NCBI GenBank assembly: GCA_016748015.1
Contig: JAAOMT010000236.1
Span: 1 to 64,000 of the forward strand
Length of the DNA: 64,000 nucleotides
Source of the DNA: Geosiphon pyriformis uo1
Lineage: Eukaryota; Fungi; Glomeromycota
Direction of reading: 5' to 3'
The position numbers and the translations under genes were made by a program. Position 1 is the first letter of the stretch, and each line of letters starts with the position of its first letter. Below the pieces are notes generated by a model. The model was not told where the DNA came from. It did not search any database and was given only the letters and a program-made list of their open reading frames with translations. Shown here piece after piece: positions 39,201-52,533 of the stretch.

Positions 39201-39425
39201 AATAGAGATATTAATTAATATAGTTGAAGAAAAAACAATTGATAAAGAAAAAATTATTTTTATCAATTAATCTATTTCAATTCTATTATATGATCAGTAT
39301 ATATTAACTATAGAAAAAAAAATAAAAAATTAATCCCAAACTTTTAAAGCAAAACCAAACATTTATGAATTAAGATAAATTGACATTATTAATCTCTATA
39401 TACTAGCCAAAAACCACAAACACAT

Positions 39426-40284
39426 TGTTACTTATAGAATATAGAAAAAATATTAGTATATAAAATAGCCAATCAGAAATAAATGTAGTAAATATGGAAT
39501 TCTAAGATTCTTTCTAGAAAAATTGCAGGATTCTAAAAATTTCAAGATTCTTATATGAGAAATTGCAGAATTCCAGAATTCCAGGATTCTTCTTAAAAAA
39601 ATTACAGAATTCCAGAAATTTCAGGGTTCCTGATGAGAAAAATTGAAAAATTAAGGAATCTCAATTATGTATATATAGCAGTAGTGATAGAAGTAAAAAA
39701 AAAAACAGACCTTTTAGTTTAGATTTGATTTAAGCAACCTTTCTATTTATAAATATCAATAAATAATTATTCACTATCTTAATCTATTTTCCACTGTTAA
39801 CACTTCATGTTGATAGTAACTGATACTTAATTATACTAGAACAATAGCTCTTGATTATAGCTATTGATAGGATATTAACATTTATTGTCTTGGCTTATTT
39901 CTTTATTTTTTTCTATTTTCTTCTGTTATTTCTTTGTGTTTTACTAATTAATTAAAGATTAAAAAGCACTGAGTTATAGACATCATAGGGACTGATAAAA
40001 AACCCATAAAACAAAAATAGAACACTTATAATTGAGGATAGCTTACCAGAAAGATTACCAGCCATCACATTAAAAAAAAAATTCGATAGAATTGCAATTC
40101 CAGAAGACTACTAACACAACAATTGAATCTTTGTTCATTATACAAAGAACTTAACCAAAACTTTCAGACAATCAAAACCTTCAGATACAAACAATCTTTA
40201 GATATTATTAACATTAACAAGTAAATTAGCACCAAGTTATGAGTTTGTTATTTGATTTGAGATCCCAAATAATTATTTGTAACA
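39426..40284 (+). repeat. 5' LTR of F
   Basis: TGTTAC...TGTAACA; direct repeat of 48565-49407. Confidence 0.93.
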
Positions 40285-40348
40285 TTTAGTGCTTTCTGTA
40301 AAGTATAATCTAACAGAAAACAAGCACTAACAACAACCATACAAAACA

Positions 40349-43300
40349 GTAACAGAATCAGAAAAAACAGAGACAAACCATTTGGGATTTGCAAAATTTT
40401 TATTCCAGCACTACAAAAGTTATTTGGAATTAACAAATAATAATTGGCCAGCAGAATCAGCTTTCAATTGCTATATTAACAAAAAGATTGTATATTACTT
40501 AGGAGGACAAAAAGATTCAGAATCTGCCTTCAACAATTTCTTTAGTGAACTACTTTAAAACACCACATTACCACAGAACTATTTATTTGCATCAATAATT
40601 ACAAAAATAAACAGAAAAATTGAAAAATACATTAAACAAAAATTTCTCATCACTTTTGCAGACAAAAAAAAAAAGATTACAAATACTAGTAAAAATCCCA
40701 AAACAAATACAACTACCTATTTGGAAAAAACAAAAAGTTGATTCTCCAGTGAATTCATCATATCACTACACATCTGGAAGCATTATCAATATAACATTAA
40801 CAGGCATGTCCACAATAAATACAACAATATTATTAAATAAAATTCTATTCTAAAGTAAACAAAAGAAAGCCAAGTTATTGGGAACATATGACAATTACTT
40901 TGAAGGATTCAAATCACAATCTCTAACACCATCAGAAATTTGATTATCATTTAAACAGCCAGATTTTGGAGCTGTTAGTCCATAAGAGATAACCAATTTT
41001 GAAAAAAAGAAAGACAGCAATCAAGAAATAAATAGTCAAAATCTGATCCCAGAAAATCTGGAAATTCAAATTCCAATCATCCCAACTCAGCAAAATTAGA
41101 ATAATCCAAACACTGCTCCTATTGTTCCCCAAAACTTACCTCCAATAATCCTGATTAATTCACCTTCAGTCCCACCAATTATCAAACAGCAATAACAACT
41201 ACTACCACCTTAGCAACAATTACAACAGCCATTTTAACAACCATAACAACTGCAACAACTGCCACTTGTAGCTTTAATAACATATGTTCCAATTGCGAAA
41301 ATCAAAAAATTTACTGGTGAAGAAGATGACACCCAAGTATGACTCAATGATGTGAAAAAAGCCATCACAGCCAACAGATGGAATGATGACAGAATCTTTT
41401 AAGCAATTCCCTATTTTCTTTAAGATACTGCTAATTCATGGTATCAAAGTTTAGCTGCCAAACCACAAAATTTTCAAGAATTTAAATTGGAATTTGTGAG
41501 ATATTTCAGTAACAATAATAGTATTAACTGACTGGCAAATACCTTTACTACCATCAAACAAGGAGAAACTGAAGCAGTTACTACTTAATTAGGATGCTTC
41601 TATAGAAATTTACACCAAATACAAGTGATTGATGTGAATTATTTTACAGCACTACAGATCTTGAATCAATTTATCTGTGAACTATACAGTAGCATTCTCC
41701 AATACATATGTTCATTATATCCATCTGACTTTCAAGCTACCATCACTCATGTCAGAGACTTTAAATTAGCCAAACTCAAAACCAATCATGCTTAAGCTAT
41801 CAATCTAGTAATGAATAAATTATCTGAATTAAATTTGAAATTAAAACAATTCAGTAATTTTATTAATCAAAAATTAGAGAAATACTTAGCTAACAATCAG
41901 GCAATTTATTAATCTCCACAATACCACAATAATCAAAGAAACATGAATTGTTTCCAATCTTAGCCATATTTATTACTATTGACCAATTAGCAATGGCAGC
42001 AGAAGACACATGTTTGCCACTATTGTAGTAAACAAGAACATTTGAAAATCAACTGCAGATTAAGGATAGATAACTAACAATTGGGAAATCAATATCAAAA
42101 TCCCGATTGCCAGTTTCAAACTCCAAATTATCAATCAAACCCAGAACCATATCAACCAAATTATCTACTCATGACATAGCAGCCAATCTATCAACCACCA
42201 ATTTATTAGCTTCCAGCATCTGTAGTTTATCAACTGCAGTCTTAATCTATCTATTAGCCACAGCTTTAAGTAATCTATTAGCCCCAACTAATTCAAATAC
42301 TGCCACCAAATTCAGCTCAAATAACATCAAAAAATTTCAGATCAAAAATCACTCAAAACTAGAGATCAGTAATGATTGTCTACTAACCAATTCCTAGTTC
42401 CACAACCCAATAATCAGGATCTTGCCAGTAGAATTTAAGAACTGAATATATTCAAAATCTGAATTCCCAGCACTACTTAAGTCTTCTGGTTATCCCAAAA
42501 GACACCTCATCCAACAATTAGGAACTCAACCAGAAACAGCCACTTAATAGCAATATCTCATTAACAACCAGTACCAAAGACAAATTATTTGCATCTATAT
42601 TCTCTTTTAAACTTAAAGAAACTACTCTAGTCTCATTATTCAGTGAAGCTATACTTAACACCAAACTTATTACTACAATGTACACTAATGTCAAAATTAA
42701 TGACTATCTTATCAAACTAATCTTAGATAGTGAATCAGCTGGCAGTATTATAATATGACAACTTATGAACCAATTAGGTCACCAAGTTGATCATGTGGCC
42801 AGTACCAGAATTATTACAGCTGATGGAGTGATCAAAACTCCCATTGACAAAATTGATAACTTACCTATTGAAGTCAATGATATTATTATACCAATCAAAG
42901 TTTTGATAATAAAAGCCACACAATATCAGACTCTTGTTGGTAATAACTGGCTATTCAAGACCAATGTTATACTTGATTAAACCACATAGAAGCTCCAGCT
43001 CAGTCAAAATAAGCAACACATTTGAACATTAGCCATGTATAGACATTTCAGAACTCCTTCAAAGAAAAAACAACTATTGATCAAGCTAAAAGAAAAAAAA
43101 CCTTATCTGGGAAGCCTATTAAGTTTTGTGGACCAATAATGAGCACAATAAATTACAGTTTATACTTTTATGAGATGACAAAGAAAAAAAAAGCAAAAAG
43201 AAGAACTTATCTAGAATAATAATCAAAAATTGTGAACTGACAACAATCAAAATAAACTGATACCAAGTTAGAAATGGGAAAAAACCAAGAAAGAGAAAGG

Positions 43301-46300
43301 AAAAAAAAAGAGCTATTATCAGCAACCATTACAAATTATACTCCATATACTTATACTCTACTACAACTGTCTAACTATTGCCAACTAAAACTGATGTGCA
43401 TTGATTGTGACAAGAAATTGTTATTAATGGGCGCATGTTGTGGCAATGATAAAGAATACCCAACAGCAACAAAATTCTATTGTTACTCATGTATTCTTAA
43501 ACAATTTAGATGACCAAAAAGACAAAAAAAATGGGACAACAAATTATGCTTGGCTTGCAAAAAAACTCTTTTAATGAAGAAATGTAGAATAACATTCCTA
43601 GAAAAGGAGAAACATGTAACAAATTGTGTTAATACACAATTTTAATCAACGACTGAGTACACAAAATAACACCAATAGAAGCAGTCTGAAGAAGAACAGT
43701 AAAACATTTGGATAGATGTTCTCATAATAATAACAAAATATGGCACATGGCACTTGCTAAAATCAAAAGAGCATTACCAAAAAAAATAAGAGTGATTAAA
43801 AATAACTCACTAAAACTCATAGAATTCGATTGAGATCCAAATTCAGATATTGTACTAGACTTTATGGACCCAGAACAATTTCATGAACACTACCAAGAGT
43901 TAGCACTCACAAGAGAAAAGCAAAAACAATGCTTGAAAGAAATAAACACTCAACTATGTGACCATTATTTGATTTTATGTAACTTCTAATATTGTAATGA
44001 GTGTGACCTTATCTACAATTTACTATCATGCATAATCTACACAATTCCAAAAGAAAAAAAACCAATCAGCAGCTGTGTATTGGAATCAAAAGCACTGTTC
44101 AATCTCAATTTAAACTCTGATAATAATAATGACAAAAATAACAGTTCTAGCTCCATTTAAAATGACAATAAAAATAACAATAATTCAAGGAACAGAAATT
44201 TAAATGGTTCAGCAATAATAATAAAAGTATTATGTTAGAATGTACATATGATACCAATACAGAGTTTGATCTAAGATATCTCAGAAAAAATGCCATCAAA
44301 TTGGAACCACATTCACGCATCTGTATTGATCTCAAAATAGCACTGGAAATCCCAACAACAACAATAGTTCAATTAGCATCTAAGAATAGTTTAGCAAAAA
44401 AGAGAATCAACATCAGAGAAGAAATAATTGATGCAGAATATGTGGAAAATATCATTGTAATGTTACAAAATAACTCAAAAAAGGCCTACATAGTAGAGCT
44501 AAACAAAAAGATAACACAGACAATATTCTTGCCTCTGGTTAAAATAACTCAATTAGCATTAGTAAGAAACAGAGAAAAATTAGGGATTATAGCTAGAGAG
44601 ATACAGAGAATCAGATTCATGAGTAGAATAAATGTACCAATTAATATGGCAGAAGAAAAAGTTATTGATAAGAGAGAAATTATCTTCAACCATCAATCAA
44701 TTTTTATTCTATTATATAACCAGTACATATTAGTCATAGAAAGGGGAATAAAAAATCAAGCTCAGATTTTTAAAGCAAAAAACTACTATGTGTAAACCAG
44801 GAAAGATTGGACTTACTAATTTTTACATATCAGCCAAAAGTCTGAAACATATTAAAATTTCTATTTACAACACAACAAAAGATGTTCTTGAAATATTAAA
44901 AGAAATTACCATCAGATATTTAAGCACTAAAGTTAAAAAACAATCACCAAACCCCATTTCAAACTTTCTACAACTGTGTAGATATATGAATATTACATTA
45001 CAAACAATATATAAATGAGAAAAATATTATCTGCTTTAATTAGAACAATTGAAACAAATAAACTTGGGAAATCTAAATCCACTACAATATATATAACTTA
45101 AAATGTTACTTAACAATTTCAATAACATTTTTGCCAGTAAAAACGAATTTGACAGAACCAACATAATCCAGCATCAGATAAAAACTGAAGATGCGATGCC
45201 AATCAAACAGAGAGCATACAGAATACCATTAACAAGCCATGAAATCATCAAACAAGAGATTAATCAAATATTAGACAATGTGTTAATTCAACTATCAATG
45301 AGTTCATGGTTATTACCAGTGGTACTAATCCATAAAAAAAATGGGAAAATATGCTTTTGTGTGAACTACTGAAAACTTAATGAAGTAACCAAAAGAGATA
45401 GTTACTCAACTCTAAAAATCTAAGAACTGTTTGATGCTTTTGGAGAAAAGAATTAGTTCTCAACTTTAGACTTAGACAGTGGTTACTGACAAGTAGTTAT
45501 GAAACCAGAAGACAAGAAGAAAATGGCTTTTACAACTTTAGAAAAAAATTTTGAATTTGAAGTTATGTCATTTGGCTTGATGAATACTTCTGTCATATTT
45601 CAACAACTTATGAAAATTGTCTATACTAGACTGCTATGGAAATCAGTAGTCATATATCTGAAAAACACTAATGTGTTTTTCAAAACATTTGATGATCATT
45701 TGCACTATCCAATAAGTATTTGAAAGACTAAAAAAAGCTGGATTAAAATTGAATGCAATCAAGTGTTTTTTTGAGAAAACTGAACTCAAGTTTTTGGAAC
45801 ATATTATAAGCAAAGATGAAATCAAAACAGATCCAGACAAAATTAAGATAGTTAAAAATTTTTTAATACTCACCAATTTGACTGAATTACAAGCATTCTT
45901 GGAATTTGCAAGATATTACTGCCACTTCATTAAAGACTTCTTCAAACTGGTTTAGCCATTATATCAGCTTTAAACAAAGAACACCAAATACAAATAAATG
46001 AAAACTCAGCAAAAAGCTTTTAACACATTAAGAAAAAAGCTTATTTAAGCTTCAGTACTAATCTATTTAGATTATAGTAGGCTATTCATAATTACAACTG
46101 ATGTATCAGGTTAAATATTAAGAGCAATACTATTTCAGAAAAAACTGGATAGAAGAGAACACCTAGTAATATATGTTAGTTACAGCTTAAGTCCAGCTGA
46201 AAAAAACTATAGAACACCAGCATTGGAATACTTAGCAATTTATTGGACAGTTATAAAATAAAAAGAATACTTGAGCCAAAAGTTTGATGTGTATATTGAT

Positions 46301-46456
46301 TATAAAGAACTGACTTTAATCCAAAAACAAGAATTTAAAGATGATCATCATGTTTAATAGAAAATAGAACTTTCACTATTTAATTATACAGTACATTACA
46401 AAAAAGGAAAAAAAAATGGAAATGCAGATGGCTTGTTACAAATAAAACAAATCTAA
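40349..46456 (+). pseudogene. gag-pol: gag-pol polyprotein of F (N-domain to RNase H)
   Basis: CHYCSKQEHLKINC, ILDSESAGS, Cys-rich 43390-44010, dUTPase from 44232, RT 45103-45955, ends KQI*. Confidence 0.88.
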
Positions 46457-46486
46457 GAATATTTCTACTCAAAAATATAACAAAAA

Positions 46487-47867
46487 ATGAATATACAAAA
46501 ATATCAACAACTTCAACACTATATTAATATCCAGCAGTTCAAGAAGAAATTATCTCCAAAAGAACAAAGCCATATTAAACAACAATCTAAATATTTCATT
46601 ACTCACCAAGAGATATTTTATTGGAAAAACAGAAAGAATTCAGACCAACCAACTAGAGTAATTACAAAACCAAAGAAAGAAACAATATTGTTCAACATGC
46701 ATTCAGATTTAACAGCAGGACATTTTCATAAAGAAGTAATCATAAAAAAAACCAGAAAAAAATACTATTGGCCATTAATATATCTAAACATTATCTAATA
46801 TGTTCAAAATTGTGATGCTTGTAAGAAAAAAGAAAGAACAAAACCCAGCAAACCATTAAGACCAATTAAAATAAAACAACTATTTAACCATATTAGAATT
46901 AACTTAGTCAAACCATTAACAATAACTAACAAAAAAAATAGATATATCACAGTAGCCATGGATTATTTTACTAAGTGGCCAAAAGCAAAAGCCATTCAAA
47001 GAGCAGATGCAGAATTCATTGTTGAATTCATTCATCAAGATTTAATTTGTTAACATGAATGTCCAAAAGAACTACTATCAGATCAAGGAACTCACTTCAT
47101 AAACAAAACACTAGCAGAACTAAGTCAAAGATTTGGAATTAAAAGACCATTATCATTACTATATCATTTACAAACAAATGAGTTAGTTGAAAGATTTAAC
47201 AGAACATTGTGTAAAGCAATTGCCAAAATCAGCCAAGAAAACCAGAATAAATAAAATTTGTTTATATCATCAGTATTATTTGTTTATTGGACAATAAAAC
47301 AAGACACTATATAAGCAACACTATTTAAATTAGTATATAATAGAACAGCAACATTACTAATTGAGATAAAAATCAACACATATCCAACAGAACCAATAAC
47401 TGAAGACAATTTTCAGGAAATGTTGCTAAGAAGAACATATAACTTATGGAAACTCTAGAAAACAAATGACAAAGAGCAGCTGATAACATTTAAAAGTCAC
47501 AAGAAAAACAAAAAAAAAACATGATAACCAATTATCAGATAAACCAGTTGAATTCAAGATTGAAAACAAAGTACTTTTATATCATACCAAAGCAGAAAAA
47601 CAATAGAATAGAAAATTTGACCCCAAATAGAACAGATTATTTCACATAGAAAAAATTCTAGAAAATGAAACTTATAAATTAAGATTAAACAATAAAATTT
47701 TAACCAAAGCAGCACATGGTAATTGACTGAAATTATATCACCATATAGTATCATCACTCACCAATAATATTTCACAATTAAGAGTACAGAGAATACTAGT
47801 CCAATCCAATAAAATTCTATAAGATCTAGAACCAATTATTATTATCAACACCAACATATCAAATTGA
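46487..47867 (+). pseudogene. Integrase ORF of F (intact ATG)
   Basis: MNIQKYQQLQHYI.., H2C2, DYFTKWP, SDQGTHF, VERFN, ends LEPIIIINTNISN*. Confidence 0.9.
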
Positions 47868-47889
47868 ACAACTAAAAGAATATAAAGAC

Positions 47890-48550
47890 ATGATAGATGT
47901 GACAAAAACAACAAAAAAAAATGGAAATACCAAACTATATTTACACTTTAACTTAATAATTCTTTCAACTAATACAACAATAAAAGATGAAAATTATAAT
48001 TAATCAACAAATTATCAGATACAAAAACACCAAAAAAGAACCACAAGATAAAATACGGGAGAAAAACAGAAAATACTATTAACAAAATAATTACAATGGT
48101 AAAATTGGTAATAAAAACACAACCAAAAGTTATCCAATATCAAGAGTTGATGATAGAAACATAGAATTGGTAAACACAACAATTTTCAAGAAACTTTTGC
48201 TATTTCTATTTGGGACAATATCTGAATATTCAAAACTTATATATGGACAAGACAAAGCAATTATTCAATCCAGGAATATTACAACAACTTGAAAAATTTG
48301 TGGGAAAAAACAATTTAATTACATAAGCATGAGTCATCTATTGATTACAAATCGAATTTCAAGACCAACCAGAAATCTTACTCAATTCAACAATGGATTC
48401 TATTACTGTTAACCAAATGAAAAAAATAACCAATGCCCAATTTGAAAAATTACAGAACAAGATAACACAAGTAATTCTCGAAAAAGAAGTTCAAGAAATA
48501 CTTAAAGATAAAGCATTAGAGTTAAAAAATATTGACAGAGCTCAATATTA
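47890..48550 (+). pseudogene. ORF3 of F, ending at the PPT
   Basis: MEIPNYI..FFQLIQ..KIIINQQII..NFCYFYLGQYLNIQNLYMDKTKQLF..; homologous to D ORF3. Confidence 0.7.
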
Positions 48551-48564
48551 AAAAAAGAAAATAA

Positions 48565-49407
48565 TATTACTCATAAAATATAAGAAGAATATTAATATAT
48601 AAAATAGCCAATCAGAGATAAATATAGTAAATATAGAATTTTAAAATTTCTCTCAGAAAAATTGCAGGATTCCAAAAATTTCAAGATTCTCATATAAGAA
48701 ATTGCAAAATTGCAGAATTTTTCTCAAAGAAATTGCAAAATTCCAGAAATTTCAGAATTCCTGGTAAGAAAAATTGAGGAATTAAAAAATCTCAATTATG
48801 TATATATAGCAGTAGTAGTAAAAAAAAGAACAGATCTCTCAATTTAGATTTAATTTAAGCAATCTCTTATATCACAAATATCAATAAATAATTCACTTTC
48901 TCAAATTCATTCTCTATTATCAATGCTTTATGTTGATAGTAATCAATACTTAACACATTGGAACAATAGCTCTTAATTATGGCTATTGATAAAATACTAA
49001 CTTGCAAATTGCCTTGGCTTATTTTCTTTATCATTTTCTTTATTTTTTTTATTTCTTTTTGTTTTATTAATTAATTAATGATTAAAAAATGCTGAATTAT
49101 AAACGTTATAGGGACTGGTAAAAGACCCATAAAACAAGGGTAGAACACTCATAATTGAGGATAGCTTACCAGAAGAATTACTGGCCACCATACTGAAAAA
49201 AAAATTTGATAGAATTGCAATTCTAAGAAACTACTGACACAACAATTGAATCTCTGTTCATTATACAAAAAACTCAACCAAAACCTTCAGACAACCAAAA
49301 CTTTCAGATACAAACAATTTTTAGATATTACTAATGTCAACAAGCAAATTAGCACTAAGTTATAAGTTTGTTATTTGATTTGAGACCCTAAATAATTATC
49401 TGTAACA
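48565..49407 (+). repeat. 3' LTR of F
   Basis: TATTAC (decayed TGTTAC)...TGTAACA followed by the TSD. Confidence 0.93.
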
Positions 49408-51595
49408 ACATCAAAATTTCAATATACAACACAACCAGAAACTTTATAGAAATATCAAGTAAAACTACTATCAAATACTTAAGTACTGAAGTTGAAAACC
49501 AATTACCAATCATTATTTCAAATTTTTTACAACTGTATAGATATGTGGATATTATATTACAAACTATATATAAACAAGAAAAATATTATTTCTTATAATC
49601 AGAACAATTAAAACAAATAAACTTGAGAAATTAAAACCTATTTTAATATATGCAACTTAAGATACTACTCAACAATTTCATTAATATCTTTGCCAATAAA
49701 AACAAATTTGGTAGAACTGATATTATACAACACCAGATTAAAATAAAAATGATATGTTAATTAAACAAAAAGCATACAAAGTACTATTTGCTAATCATAA
49801 GATTATTCAACAAGAAATTAATTAAATGTTGAACAATAAGTTAATTCAACTATTAATGAGTTTATGGTTATTATCAGTAATATTTGTTCAGAAGAAGAAT
49901 AAAAAAATCTGCTTTTGTATAAATTATAAAAAACTTAACAGTATTATTTATAGAGACAGCTATTTAATTCCATAGATTCAAAAACTATTTGACATTTTTG
50001 GAGGAAAAAAATAGTTTTCAACATTGGACTTAAATAGTAGTTACTAACAGATAGTCATTAATTCAGCTGATAAAAAAAAGACAGCATTTACTATCAAAGA
50101 AAAAATTTTGAATTTAGTATTATTTTATTTGGCTTAATTAATATTCTAACTATTTTTCAACATCTCATGAAAATTGTTTATACAGAATTACTATGAAAAT
50201 TAGTAATAGTTTATTTTGATAACATTAATATATTTTCAAAAACATTTAATGATTATCTTTATTATTTTTAATAAGTGTTTAAAAGATTAAAACAAGTAGA
50301 GCTAAAGTTAAATGCTATTAAGTATTTCTTTAGAAAAACTAAACTCAAGTTATTGGAACATATTGTGAGCAAAAACAGCATAAAAACAAATTCAAACAAG
50401 ATTAAAATAGACAAAAACTTCTTAATACTAATAAATTTAATAAAATTAAAAGCATTTTTAGAATTTACTAGATACTATTATCACTTTATCTAAAATTTCT
50501 TCAAACTGGCTCAACTATTCTACTAGTTTCAAGCAAAAAACATTAAATATAAATAGACTAAAAACCAACAAAAACTTTTCAATATTTTAAAAAAAAAGCT
50601 TGTTTAAGTCTCAGTATTAATCTATTCAGATTATAACAAGTCATTTATCATTATTACTAATATATCTAATTAAGTATTAAGAGCTATATTATTACGAAAA
50701 AAAACAAATAGATAAGAACATCTAATAAAATATGTCAGCCAAAGTTTGAGTTCAGCCAAAAAAAACTATAGAACTTCAAAATTAAAATACTTAGCTATTT
50801 ATTAGACTGTTGTCAAATAAAAAAAATACTTAAACTAAAAGTTTGATATATATATAGATTACAAAAAATTAACATTAATCCAAAAGCAAAAATTTGGAGA
50901 TAATTACTATGTAAAATAAAAAATAAAACTATTATTATTTAATTATATTGTATATTATAAAAAATAAAAAAAAATACTAATACTAATAGTTTGTTATGAA
51001 TAAGACAAATCTAAACATTTTAATCCAAAAATATAACAAAAAATAAATATACAAAAATATTAACAACTCCAACACTATATTAATACTTAACAGTTTAAGA
51101 AAAAATTATCTCATAAAAAACAAAACAACATAAAACAACAATCAAAACATTTTATTATTTACTAAAATATACTATATTAAAAAAACAAAAAATATTTAAA
51201 CGAGTCACTTAAAGTAATTACAGAATCAGAAAAAGAAACAATACTGTTTAACATACACTCAGATTTAGTAGCAAACTATTTTTATAAAAAAACAACCATA
51301 GAAAAAACCAGAAAAAAATATTACTGGCCATTTATGTATTCAAAAATTATCTAATATATTTAAAATTGTGATGCTTATCAAAAAAAAGAGAAACAAGATC
51401 CAATAAACTGTTAAGACCAATTAAAATAAGACAACTATTTGATTAAATTAGAATTAACTTAGTGAAACCATTAACTATAATTAGTAACAACAATTAATAC
51501 ATAGTAATAATCATGAATTATTTCACAAAATAGCCAGAAACAAAAGCAATTCAAAAAGCAAATACAGAATTTATAGCTGAATTCATTTACCAAAA

Positions 51596-52533
51596 TATTA
51601 CTCATAGAATATAAAAATTAAATATTAGTATATAAGCCAATCAGAATAGATATAGTAAAAGTGGAATTTCAGGATTTTTTTCAGAAGAATTGCAGAATTC
51701 CAGAATTATAAAATTCTCATATAAGGAATTACAAGATTTTTGGAATTCTAAGATTTCTAGCTAAAGAATTGAGAAATTCAAAAATCTTATACAATAAAAT
51801 TTATGTATATATAGCAGTAGTATTAGAAGCTAAAAAAGAAGTCAATTAAACTCCCAGAATTAATTAGACTTTCAGAGTTAATTAGACTCACAAGTTATAA
51901 TTATTAAATACTTCTTTTTTCAAAAATAGTTATTATCAACCAAAATAGAATTTTATCAATAAAATATCTCTTCAATTTTTTAAATTCATATTATTATCTA
52001 CTACTTAATCTGCTAGCACAATAGCTCTTGATCATGGTTATTGACAGGACACTTATTTCTTATTTTATTTTTTTTATTTTTTTATTTTTTTTATTTTTTT
52101 TTATTTTCTTTTGTTGTTCACTAAATTAATTAAAAAAATTAAACACTAAGTTATTAACATTAAGGATAGTCTGATAAAAGATCCAGAAATAAGAGTATAA
52201 AATTTATAAATTAATAAATAGCTTACCAGAAGGACATGACTGCCAGAATAAACCAGTCATCACACTAAAGAAAAAAATTTGACAGAATAACTATTCTGGA
52301 AGGCTATGAACACTAAAACATACCAACTCAAAGGTTGGAAAAGAAAATTAAAAACATCACACCAAGATATTAACATTGAATTTCTGTCTATTATACAAAG
52401 AACTTAATCAAAACTTTCAAATTATAAAAACCTTCAAATACAAAATCTTTAAAAACAACATTATTATATTAATTAAACACCAAAGTTACAGATTTGTTAT
52501 TTGTTTCTAAATCCCAAATAATTACTTGTAATA
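51596..52533 (+). repeat. Solo LTR (family-2 variant) in the integrase of E, 5-bp TSD CAAAA
   Basis: TATTACTC...TGTAATA; CAAAA at 51591-51595 and 52534-52538; host FIYQxLIC frame rejoins. Confidence 0.9.

Larger units (their letters stand above)
39426..49407 (+). mobile_element. Full-length Ty3/Gypsy element F (9982 bp, family 2) with 4-bp TSD ACAT
   Basis: LTRs 39426-40284 and 48565-49407; ACAT at 39422-39425 and 49408-49411; host frame (NHKHIKISIYN) restored on removal; PBS 40287, decayed PPT 48550-48564. Confidence 0.95.

Noticed and set aside
39990-40030. Hammerhead core (CTGATAA..ACCC..GAA), and hairpin-ribozyme-like AGAGAAACAC in LTR C
   Set aside because: Spacing and remaining conserved nucleotides do not fit, and other copies read CTGGTAA
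47640-47867. Chromodomain at the IN C-terminus
   Set aside because: After the GPF module only a short tail ending LEPI.II; no chromodomain motif
47890-48550. ORF3 as an envelope gene
   Set aside because: Short, with no visible signal peptide, cleavage site or transmembrane segment
48995-49080. TACTAAC plus pyrimidine tract as an intron in the LTR
   Set aside because: No convincing conserved donor; the T-rich tract is equally explained as a polyadenylation downstream element; needs RNA data
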